DNA from: an uncultured bacterium | GTDB taxonomy: Bacteria; Vulcanimicrobiota; Vulcanimicrobiia; Vulcanimicrobiales; Vulcanimicrobiaceae | Reading direction: 5' to 3' | Length of the DNA: 64,000 nt | NCBI GenBank assembly: GCA_903829325.1 | Contig: CAIKPM010000015.1 | Location: 33,597 to 97,596 of the forward strand | Shown: positions 56,271 through 64,000 of the stretch, one piece after another | Position numbering within the stretch: position 1 is the stretch's first letter | Layout of the letters: each line of letters opens with the position of its first letter | Made by a program: the position numbers and the translations under genes | Notes under the pieces: generated by a model | What the model was told of the DNA's origin: nothing | Seen by the model: the letters and a program-made list of their open reading frames with translations, nothing else | Databases searched by the model: none

Positions 56271-57014
56271 TTAGCTAAATGCGGCGATCGCTTCGGCGAG
56301 ATCGAGCGTGCCTTCATACAGTGCGCGACCGATAATCGCGTGATCAACGTTAGCCGGCGTTTGCGTCGCTAAGGCTTGCAGGCTCGCAAGCGAGTGCGCG
56401 CCACCGCTCGCGGTGATGCGCAAGGGGCTTTGGTGGGCCGCATCGGCTAACGCCGTCAGATCATAACCGCTGCCCATGCCGTCGCGGGCAATTTCGGTAT
56501 AGACGACGCGTTCGATGCCCCAGTTGCGAATATCGTGGAACAATTCGTCTCGCTTGCGTCCGCCCTCGGCGAGCCACCCTCGGGTAGCAACATGCCCATC
56601 GCGCGCATCGACGCCGGCAATTAAGCGTGAACGATATTCGTGAGCGAGTGCTTGGGCGAGCTCTGGATTTTCGATGAGCAGCGTCCCGAGTATAACGTAG
56701 CTTGCGCTGCAATCCAGTCGGGCTTGCACATCAGCGCGGGTCCGCACGCCACCCCCGGTTTGAACGGGGATGTTCACCGCGTTGCAAATAGCTCGCAATG
56801 CCAGCAGATTTTCACCGGATCCGAAGGCTCCATCGAGATCAACGACGTGAAGTCGCTGCGCACCAGCTTGTGCGAAACTCTTGGCTCGCGCAACGGGATC
56901 AGCGTCGTAGCTGGTTTCACGGGTGGGATCACCTTGTGCCAAGCGTACGCAGCGGCCTTGTCGTAAATCAATAGCGGGAACCAATACTAAGCGGCGCGTG
57001 GCTGACTCATCCAT
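56271..57014 (-). CDS. hisA: 1-(5-phosphoribosyl)-5-[(5-phosphoribosylamino)methylideneamino]imidazole-4-carboxamide isomerase (HisA/PriA type)
   Basis: LVPAIDLRQGRCVRL, VVDLDGA and TASGG motifs. Start ATG 57014 overlaps the end of hisH. Confidence 0.88.
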   Translation of the reverse strand: MDESATRRLVLVPAIDLRQGRCVRLAQGDPTRETSYDADPVARAKSFAQAGAQRLHVVDLDGAFGSGENLLALRAICNAVNIPVQTGGGVRTRADVQARLDCSASYVILGTLLIENPELAQALAHEYRSRLIAGVDARDGHVATRGWLAEGGRKRDELFHDIRNWGIERVVYTEIARDGMGSGYDLTALADAAHQSPLRITASGGAHSLASLQALATQTPANVDHAIIGRALYEGTLDLAEAIAAFS

Positions 57015-57639
57015 GCGACTGTATCGGTGGAGTGTAGGCGCTGACAATGCGTAAAAACCCATCGAGAATTTTTCCACCAGTGTGCTGGCTTTTTTCGGGA
57101 TGAAATTGTGTTGCGATTACGTTGCCGCGCGCGACAACCGCCGCAAAGCGTTCGCCATGAATGCTGGCCGCAATCGTCCCTTCACCGACCGGGACGCGAT
57201 ACGAATGGAGAAAGTACACGTATTCACCCGAATCGATATTGTCTAAGACGGGGTGGGTGCTCACGATTTCAAGTGCATTCCAGCCCATATGCGGCACACG
57301 CGGCGCGTCGGAGCCAAAACGTTCCACGACTCCGGGGAAAAAACCGAAGCCGGTGGCACCACCGTGCTCGGTGCTGCTTTCAAAGAGCACTTGCATGCCT
57401 ACACAAATCCCCAGAAAAGGCTGATTGCGCGCTAGCATCGCCGCGATCGGTTGATCGAGTCCGCGAGTGCGGAGTGCGGTCATGGTTGCTTCGAATGCTC
57501 CATCGCCCGGCAAAATCGCGGCATCGGCTTGGGCGAGCGCGGTGGGATCGGTCACGATCGAAAAATCGATTCCACGGCGGGTTAGGGCGGCGAGTAGCGA
57601 GCCCATATTGCCGCCACCGTAATCTATGATTGCGAGCAT
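57007..57639 (-). CDS. hisH: imidazole glycerol phosphate synthase, glutamine amidotransferase subunit
   Basis: MLAIIDYGGGNMGS at ATG 57639, GICVGMQ (catalytic Cys), and ATQFHPEKS. Confidence 0.9.
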   Translation of the reverse strand: MLAIIDYGGGNMGSLLAALTRRGIDFSIVTDPTALAQADAAILPGDGAFEATMTALRTRGLDQPIAAMLARNQPFLGICVGMQVLFESSTEHGGATGFGFFPGVVERFGSDAPRVPHMGWNALEIVSTHPVLDNIDSGEYVYFLHSYRVPVGEGTIAASIHGERFAAVVARGNVIATQFHPEKSQHTGGKILDGFLRIVSAYTPPIQSHG

Positions 57640-57640
57640 C

Positions 57641-58231
57641 TTACTCGAGCAAGCCTTTTGTGGAGGGTATTTCGGAGTCGTTAATGCGGTATTTGGCTTG
57701 AGCAAAGGCGCGGGCGAACGCTTTAAAGGTTGCCTCGCAGAGATGGTGGGCATTTGTGCCGTGCATTTGGACTAAATGAATATTCATGCGCGCATTATCA
57801 GCAATTGCTCGAAAGAATTCACGAATTAATTCGGTCTTGAGATCGCCGAGATTTTCCACTGGATAGATCACGTTGAGATTCAAATACGAACGTCCGGACA
57901 GATCGATGCTCGCGGCAATGAGCGCATCATCAAGGGGCACCATGATCGAGCCAAAGCGCGTAATCCCCTGTTTTTGTCCGAGCGCGCTATGAATGGCCCG
58001 TCCAAGGGCAATCCCAACATCTTCGACGAGATGGTGATGATCGAGGCCGTCACCACTCGCGCGTAGCGTGAGTCCACAACCGGCATGCTTGGCAAACGCG
58101 TCGAGCATGTGATTGAAAAACGTGACATCGGTGCTGATCGCAATCGGGCCGCCGTCGAGATTAAGCTCGAGGTGAATCGATGTTTCTTTTGTGACGCGTT
58201 CAATTTGGCTGGTGCGTGGCTGAGTACTCAT
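57641..58231 (-). CDS. hisB: imidazoleglycerol-phosphate dehydratase
   Basis: ERVTKETSIHLELNLDG, DHHHLVEDVGIALG and HHLCEATFKAFARA motifs. ATG 58231 forms an ATGA overlap with the citrate synthase stop. Confidence 0.9.
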   Translation of the reverse strand: MSTQPRTSQIERVTKETSIHLELNLDGGPIAISTDVTFFNHMLDAFAKHAGCGLTLRASGDGLDHHHLVEDVGIALGRAIHSALGQKQGITRFGSIMVPLDDALIAASIDLSGRSYLNLNVIYPVENLGDLKTELIREFFRAIADNARMNIHLVQMHGTNAHHLCEATFKAFARAFAQAKYRINDSEIPSTKGLLE

Positions 58232-59409
58232 GAATGCGATGTGCCATTGCTGCGCACGCGGTCGCGTTCTGCGAGCGGAATGAACGGTGTCACTGGAGGA
58301 CCAGAATAGGTGGCCTGGGGGCGAATCAAGCGATTGTCGCCTAGTTGTTCGAGAATATGTGCCGACCAACCAGCCATGCGCCCACACGCGAACATACAGG
58401 TAAATTCATCACCAGCGAGCCCTAAACTGTAGAGCGTTGGTGCGGTATAAAATTCAACATTCGCGTAGATTTTTTTATCGGGCTTGGTTTCACGAAAGAC
58501 GTTATTTGCTGCGTCTTCTAGGGCGCGAGCGATTTCGTACCATTTCGGATCGGTCTTTGCGCCGAGTGCTTTCGCCATTTGCTCGAGATGCGTTGCTCGA
58601 GGATCACGCGTTTTGTACTCCCGATGCCCCATACCCATGATGCGTTCTCCTCGCGCTAACGCTTCGCGCACGTAGAGTTCTGCACGTTCGGGTTTGCCGA
58701 TTTCGAGCAACATCGACATCACTTTGCTCGGTGCGCCGCCGTGGAGGTCACCTTCGAGGGTTGCGACTGCCGAAGTAATAGCGGCATAAATATCGGCTCG
58801 GGTTGATGCCGTGACCCGCGCCGCGAAGGTTGATGCGTTGTACGAATGATCGGCCAACAGAACGAGATACGTATCGAGTGCTCGTTCGGCTTCTGGTCCC
58901 GGGACTTCGCCCGAAATCATGTACAGAAAATTCGCTGCGGTTGAAAGATTTGAGCGCGGTTCAATCGGCTCGAGATTGCGCCGGATGCGATTCCACGTGG
59001 CGACGATGCTAGGGGTTTTGGCGATCAGGTGGAGCGCAATCCGCGGATTGGAGGCGTGGGCCCCACCTTGCATTTCGCTGTCGAAGACCGCGAGCGCGGA
59101 GACCATGGTGCGCAAAACATCCATCGGCCAGGCGGTCTTGGGCATGGCGTGCATCGCATCGATGAGCGGTTGAGGTAAAAGCCGGTTGGCGGCTAGGCGC
59201 ACGTTGAGATCGGCTAATTGGGAACGATTGGGGAGCTGGCCAAACAGTAGCAAGTAGACCACTTCTTCGAAGGTGGCATTCGTTGCGAGGTCATGAATGT
59301 CGAAGCCGCGGTACGTCAGACGACCTTCTGGGCCTTCGACGTTACTAAGCTCGGTTGAGCCAACGACCACGCCCTCAAGGCCGCGGTCGACAATTGTTCC
59401 TTGAGTCAT
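58228..59409 (-). CDS. gltA: citrate synthase (short, ~390-aa type)
   Basis: GMGHREYKTRDPR and LLADHSYNASTF motifs. Confidence 0.92.
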   Translation of the reverse strand: MTQGTIVDRGLEGVVVGSTELSNVEGPEGRLTYRGFDIHDLATNATFEEVVYLLLFGQLPNRSQLADLNVRLAANRLLPQPLIDAMHAMPKTAWPMDVLRTMVSALAVFDSEMQGGAHASNPRIALHLIAKTPSIVATWNRIRRNLEPIEPRSNLSTAANFLYMISGEVPGPEAERALDTYLVLLADHSYNASTFAARVTASTRADIYAAITSAVATLEGDLHGGAPSKVMSMLLEIGKPERAELYVREALARGERIMGMGHREYKTRDPRATHLEQMAKALGAKTDPKWYEIARALEDAANNVFRETKPDKKIYANVEFYTAPTLYSLGLAGDEFTCMFACGRMAGWSAHILEQLGDNRLIRPQATYSGPPVTPFIPLAERDRVRSNGTSHS

Positions 59410-59433
59410 GGTCGTCTGCTTCGAGCGGTCGTT

Positions 59434-62160
59434 TCAGCCTGCCTGTTCGCGGGTAATCGCCAGGAGCTCACGGAGCACGAATGGGAGAATCCCGCCGTGC
59501 CGGAAATAATCGGCTTCATCGGGGGTATCGATGCGCGCTTTCGTGCGGAATTGCAGGCTACTTCCATCAGCGCGAGTCGCGGTGACGCTGATTGTGGCGC
59601 CTGGTGCTAAGCCACCAGTCAGACCGGTGATGTCAAATTGCTCCTCACCGCTCAGACCCAATTGTCGAATCGACTCGCCCGGGGAAAATTCCAAGGGCAA
59701 AATTCCCATTCCGAGCAGATTACTGCGGTGAATGCGTTCGAACGATTCGGCGATGACGGCGCGTATGCCAAGGAGCATAGGACCTTTTGCGGCCCAGTCA
59801 CGCGACGAACCGCTGCCGTATTCTTTGCCAGCGAGAACGATCAGCGGAGTGCGATCGGCTCGATACCGGACCGAAGCGGCGTAGATTGAGATCGGTTCAT
59901 CGCTGGCTGGTTGAGCGGGATTGATGGGCAGATACCGGGTGTAGCTGCCTTCGACTCCCGGCACTAACGCATTACGCAATCGGACATTAGCGAATGTTCC
60001 GCGCATCATGACTTCGTGATTGCCGCGACGTGCACCGTAGGAATTAAAATCTTCCGGCTTGATGCCGTGTTCGCGTAAGTAGTCGGCGGCAGGGCTGTTT
60101 TTTGCAATCGATCCTGCGGGCGAGATGTGGTCGGTGGTAACACTGTCGCCTAATACTGCTAAGGCCCGAGCGGCGCGGATATCCGCCGGTGGGATTGGTT
60201 CGGCCGGCATATTCTCAAAATACGGCGGATGCTTGACGTATTCAGATTGAGGATCCCACGCGTAGCGTTCGCTGAGGGTGACCGGAAGACTATTCCAGCG
60301 TTCATCACCGCGAAATACATCGGCGTAGCGTGCGGTAAATAATTGTTTGGTGACTGCGCTTGCAACGAGGGCGTCGATTTCTGCTGAGGTCGGCCAGATT
60401 TCGTGCAGATACACCGGCTTGCCCAGTGCGTCAATGCCTAAGGGGTCGCTGGTCAAGTCGAGAGTGATGCGTCCGGCCAGGGCGTACGCGACGACTAATG
60501 GCGGAGAAGCTAAATAATTCGCTCGCACTTGGGGGTGTATGCGTCCTTCGAAATTGCGGTTTCCCGAAAGCACCGCTGCGACGATCAGGTCTTTTTGGGC
60601 GACTTCTTCAGCGACGGCGGGTGATAGAGGCCCGCTGTTGCCAATGCAGGTGGTGCAGCCATAGCCAACCAGCTGAAATCCGAGGGTATCCAACGCCGTG
60701 TCAAGGCCGGCAGCCCGGAGATAATCGGTGACGACTTGCGAGCCTGGGGCGAGGCTGGTTTTGACCCAGGAAGGTGTTCGCAAACCACGCGCTACCGCTT
60801 TTTGAGCTAATAAGCCCGCTGCGATCAACACTGCCGGATTTGAGGTGTTGGTGCATGAGGTGATTGCCGCGATAACGACTGAGCCATCCCCCAGGCTGTC
60901 GGGGGTAGCCGGAGTTGCTCCTACGGCCGTACGCGTGGCCGCCCAGGTCGTGGCGGCGGCTTCGTAGGAAGCGTGAGCATCGGGGAGATTTACCCGGTCT
61001 TGCGGGCGGCGTGGTCCGGCGACACTGGGCACGATCCCGGCTAAATCAAGTTCAAGCACATCGCAGTAGTTCGGTTCGGGTGAGCTTGCATCGCGGAAAA
61101 GCCCTTGGGCTTTGGCGTAGGCCTCGACGAGAGCGATGTGGGTTGCGCTTCGACCCGTGAGGCGTAAATAGGTTAACGTTTGCTCATCGATCGGGAAAAA
61201 CGCCACGGTCGAGCCATACTCGGGCGACATGTTCCCGATGGTCACGCGATCTGCAACGCTTAAAGCGTCGAGCCCCTCTCCAAAAAATTCGACAAACTTT
61301 CCGACCACGCCGTGTTTGCGTAGGCGTTCGGTGATGCTTAACACGAGATCGGTTGCGGTCACGCCTTCACGTAGCCGTCCCTTCACCCGCACACCAACAA
61401 CTTCGGGGATGAGCATACTGATTGGGCGTCCGAGCATTGCAGCTTCGGCCTCAATCCCACCGACGCCCCACGCGAGCACGCCGAGTCCGTCAGCCATGGT
61501 GGTGTGGGAATCGGTGCCGACGACCGTGTCGGGGTAGGCGAGTGGGGTTGTGCTAGTGTTCGCGGCGAGTCCAGCGGCATCGCTACCGAAGACGACCCGC
61601 GCTAAAAATTCAATATTGACCTGGTGAACGATTCCGGTATCTGGTGGGACGACACGAAAGCCGTTCAGCGCGTGCTGACCCCATTTTAAGAAGCTGTACC
61701 GTTCATCGTTCCGGGCAAATTCGAGCTCGGCATTGCGCGCAAAGGCACTCGCGTTGCCGAACGCGTCGACTTGTACCGAGTGATCGATCACGAGTTCGAC
61801 GGGTTGGAGAGGATTAATTTGTGCGGCGTTACCGCCCATTTTGAGGATCGCGTCACGCATCGCGGCTAGGTCAACGACCGCTGGGACGCCGGTAAAATCT
61901 TGCAAGAGCACACGCGCGGGACGATACGCGATTTCGCGGGTTCCGGCAGTTGCGGGTGACCACTGGGCCAGCGCCTCAATATCTGCGCGGGTCACAATCC
62001 GTCCATCTTCAAAACGTAATAAATTTTCGAGAAGAATACGAATTGCAAAGGGCAGTTGCGCTAGCTTTGCCACACCCGCACGCTCGAGCGCGCTGAGCTG
62101 ATAATAGTTGTACGTCGCTTCTCCGACGTTGAGGGTGCTCAAGCTAGCGAAACTATTCAT
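59434..62160 (-). CDS. acnA: aconitate hydratase A
   Basis: 908 aa. Fe-S ligand motifs (ITSCTNTSNP, GCTTCIGNSG) and the family-typical N-terminus. Confidence 0.95.
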   Translation of the reverse strand: MNSFASLSTLNVGEATYNYYQLSALERAGVAKLAQLPFAIRILLENLLRFEDGRIVTRADIEALAQWSPATAGTREIAYRPARVLLQDFTGVPAVVDLAAMRDAILKMGGNAAQINPLQPVELVIDHSVQVDAFGNASAFARNAELEFARNDERYSFLKWGQHALNGFRVVPPDTGIVHQVNIEFLARVVFGSDAAGLAANTSTTPLAYPDTVVGTDSHTTMADGLGVLAWGVGGIEAEAAMLGRPISMLIPEVVGVRVKGRLREGVTATDLVLSITERLRKHGVVGKFVEFFGEGLDALSVADRVTIGNMSPEYGSTVAFFPIDEQTLTYLRLTGRSATHIALVEAYAKAQGLFRDASSPEPNYCDVLELDLAGIVPSVAGPRRPQDRVNLPDAHASYEAAATTWAATRTAVGATPATPDSLGDGSVVIAAITSCTNTSNPAVLIAAGLLAQKAVARGLRTPSWVKTSLAPGSQVVTDYLRAAGLDTALDTLGFQLVGYGCTTCIGNSGPLSPAVAEEVAQKDLIVAAVLSGNRNFEGRIHPQVRANYLASPPLVVAYALAGRITLDLTSDPLGIDALGKPVYLHEIWPTSAEIDALVASAVTKQLFTARYADVFRGDERWNSLPVTLSERYAWDPQSEYVKHPPYFENMPAEPIPPADIRAARALAVLGDSVTTDHISPAGSIAKNSPAADYLREHGIKPEDFNSYGARRGNHEVMMRGTFANVRLRNALVPGVEGSYTRYLPINPAQPASDEPISIYAASVRYRADRTPLIVLAGKEYGSGSSRDWAAKGPMLLGIRAVIAESFERIHRSNLLGMGILPLEFSPGESIRQLGLSGEEQFDITGLTGGLAPGATISVTATRADGSSLQFRTKARIDTPDEADYFRHGGILPFVLRELLAITREQAG

Positions 62161-62177
62161 GATTCATGTCCTTTGGG

Positions 62178-63359
62178 TTAGAGGGGGAATTGCGAGACGG
62201 TGACCACGCGTGGGGTTTCGTTCTTGGTGTCAGTGATACAAAGTGCAGTGCGTCCGGCGAGGAGATCGAGCAAACGGTCTGCCAACAAGGCGACGCGCCA
62301 CTCCGAGAGTTCGAGGGCAACCGACATTTCCTCGTGGTCTTTGGGCAGATCACGGGCCACGCGGTCGAGTGCGGCGCGAGGAGCGAGCAATGCTGTGGGC
62401 AGATCGTGTTCGGCGGCAATCGCCGCGGCAACCACGCTGAGCAAGGTTACGATCCCATCGCGATTGAGGGGGACCATCCGGGTGATGCGTGGCGGTAATT
62501 CGTATTCTGGCAAGTCGGAAGCGCGCTGAATGGCGGCAACGATTTCGGCGCCATATGCCTTGCGTGCGCTCGGTTCGAGGCGGCGCAGTTGCGAGAGCTC
62601 TTCAATCTGGCTCGGTCGCACACTCATGATACTCATCAGGACATCATCGGAAAAAATATATTTACTCGGTACATCTTTGTCGCGCGCGATGCGATCACGC
62701 AGTGCTGCGAGTTCGCGGACAATCCCAAGGTCACGTCGGTTTAGACGTGATGTGCCGTTCAAACGGAGATACAGACGCTGCGGATCAGCTGTAAAGGTGC
62801 TTAATTGCGAGAGCGCGTCCATTTCGGCGTCAGCCCAAGCCAGGCGTTGATTGGCTTCCAGCTTTTTTTGTAGCGCATCATGCAGGGCGAAGAGATGCGC
62901 AACATCGTCTACCAAATATTCCAGTTGACGTTGTGTTAGGGGACGCGCACTCCAATCACTCACCGTCTGGGATTTTTGCAGGCGAATTCCGGTGATGCTT
63001 TGCACCAAGTCGAGTAAAGAGATAGAAAGCCCGTAGCCACAAAACGCGGCGGCAATCTGCGTGTCGAAAATGCGGCTTGGCAATACTCCAAACCGTTCGG
63101 CAAAAATACGTAAATCACCCGAGAGCGCATGACCCACTACGGTTGTGTGTTGCAACGCTTCAGCTAATGGGGTGAGATTGGGTAACGCGATTGGGTCGAT
63201 GAGCACAATCTCATCTTCAAATGCTATTTGAACGACCATTAACCGAGCGGTGTAACTGCGCTCATTATGAAATTCTGTGTCAATCGCTATGCGCGGTGCG
63301 TTGCGAATGCGTTGACAAAGCGCACTCAATGCGTCCGGGTCGGTGATAATGCTGGTCAC
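62178..63359 (-). CDS. rnd: ribonuclease D-like 3'-5' exonuclease with HRDC domain
   Basis: DEDD motifs (IAIDTEF, ...GHALSGDL...). GTG 63359 forms a GTGA overlap with the upstream gene's stop. The ORF-track extension to 63944 is Arg/Cys/His-rich and overlaps that gene. Confidence 0.8.
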   Translation of the reverse strand: MTSIITDPDALSALCQRIRNAPRIAIDTEFHNERSYTARLMVVQIAFEDEIVLIDPIALPNLTPLAEALQHTTVVGHALSGDLRIFAERFGVLPSRIFDTQIAAAFCGYGLSISLLDLVQSITGIRLQKSQTVSDWSARPLTQRQLEYLVDDVAHLFALHDALQKKLEANQRLAWADAEMDALSQLSTFTADPQRLYLRLNGTSRLNRRDLGIVRELAALRDRIARDKDVPSKYIFSDDVLMSIMSVRPSQIEELSQLRRLEPSARKAYGAEIVAAIQRASDLPEYELPPRITRMVPLNRDGIVTLLSVVAAAIAAEHDLPTALLAPRAALDRVARDLPKDHEEMSVALELSEWRVALLADRLLDLLAGRTALCITDTKNETPRVVTVSQFPL

Positions 63360-64000
63360 AGAAAATGTTCGTCCTTGGAGTGATGGTGATGGAAATGAAA
63401 CAAGTGTGGAAAATGGAGATGGTGCACGTGGGCATAGCGATGCATCGGTTCGGTGACGTGCACGGCGATCATATTTGCCAATGAATCGCCGCCGATAGCG
63501 AGCAAGGTGCAAATAGGGATCGCAATCGTGCACATCGCAGCGACGTGCAGCCAGAGTGGCACACCTTTCGCAGCAGCTATTTGGGTGGCAATCGTTCCAC
63601 CGATGCCGGGCAAAATCCGTACGCAGACTAAAAACGGAAACGAACCAAGCCGGAAAAAACGCACCCAGGCTGGTAGACGCTCGATGGTCGTGTTGAGGTC
63701 CAGAAGTGACGCCGTGCGGCGAGCGATATAATATCCCAACACCCCTGCACACGCGATGCCTGCAGCGTTGACCAACGAGCCGCGGACAGGGCCAAAAATC
63801 GCCCCATTCATGATGGCGAGCGCATCGGTGACGGAAAAAGGTGCGGACGCCACGATCGCTAGCACGCCGATGGCAACGGGGTAGGCGAAACCGCCCAACT
63901 GAGCGAGCTCGTGGGTAACGAAGGAACGTTCGCGGATAACCCATGCTGCGAGCAAGGATGATCCAATCAAGAGTGCGGCTGCTTCTATCCGACGCAGCCA
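63356..64000 (-). CDS. VTT-domain (TVP38/DedA-like) membrane protein with His-rich C-terminal tail; probably continues past the right edge
   Basis: Multi-TM with RILPGIGGT-type segments. The C-terminus is HRYAHVHHLHFPHLFHFHHHHSKDEH. The reading frame stays open from 63970 to base 64000. Confidence 0.6.
   Translation of the reverse strand, partial: WLRRIEAAALLIGSSLLAAWVIRERSFVTHELAQLGGFAYPVAIGVLAIVASAPFSVTDALAIMNGAIFGPVRGSLVNAAGIACAGVLGYYIARRTASLLDLNTTIERLPAWVRFFRLGSFPFLVCVRILPGIGGTIATQIAAAKGVPLWLHVAAMCTIAIPICTLLAIGGDSLANMIAVHVTEPMHRYAHVHHLHFPHLFHFHHHHSKDEHFL

Overview
This is a 64 kb bacterial chromosomal segment with moderately high GC, densely coded, with many 4-nt ATGA/GTGA start-stop overlaps. 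I found one tRNA, no rRNA, no CRISPR array, and no intact transposase or integrase.

Gene content, left to right:
- An AT-richer envelope-glycan cassette: a partial GT-C glycosyltransferase, rmlC/D/A/B, an SMR/EamA-like 4-TM protein, and a divergent membrane/spermidine-synthase-fold fusion. It ends at tRNA-Leu(CAG).
- Glycogen genes glgB-glgX-malQ, followed by a fused NDP-sugar pyrophosphorylase/phosphohexomutase-like gene.
- An AI-2E transporter, an O-antigen-ligase-like protein, MgtC and RpiB.
- A very large Kgd/OdhA-type 2-oxoglutarate dehydrogenase that also carries an N-terminal lipoyl domain and E3-binding domain.
- A TPR/ATP-grasp protein, then a ~3 kb insert holding a Vgb-like beta-propeller lipoprotein, AbiEi and an internally deleted AbiEii. 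The insert is bounded by a diverged duplicate of the ATP-grasp gene's 3' end.
- ileS, translationally coupled to csaB and a large membrane protein; then rpsA and coaE.
- A dabB-dabA-PII-like operon (putative energy-coupled inorganic-carbon pump).
- wHTH-mnmG-rsmG-cca, then blc and a dienelactone hydrolase.
- A small toxin-antitoxin islet (orphan Phd-like antitoxin plus HigBA), a metallophosphoesterase and a membrane-anchored hypothetical protein.
- A Cys/Met PLP enzyme and an Rbs-like sugar ABC transporter.
- Two secreted or lipoproteins of unknown function.
- acnA-gltA-hisB-hisH-hisA, then rnd and a partial VTT/DedA-type protein with a His-rich tail.

I did not see a clear-cut, wholly new multi-gene system. 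The items most worth follow-up are:
- the lipoyl-bearing E2o-E1o single-chain fusion and the terminator-like hairpin in its leader;
- the icd/e14-style gene-3'-end duplication scar around the decayed AbiE/propeller insert, including a G9 tract in the lipoprotein gene;
- the TPR/ATP-grasp protein of unknown function;
- the DAB operon with its PII-like partner.

All functional calls come from by-eye motif recognition in the supplied translations. Start codons were refined manually and are less certain than stops.
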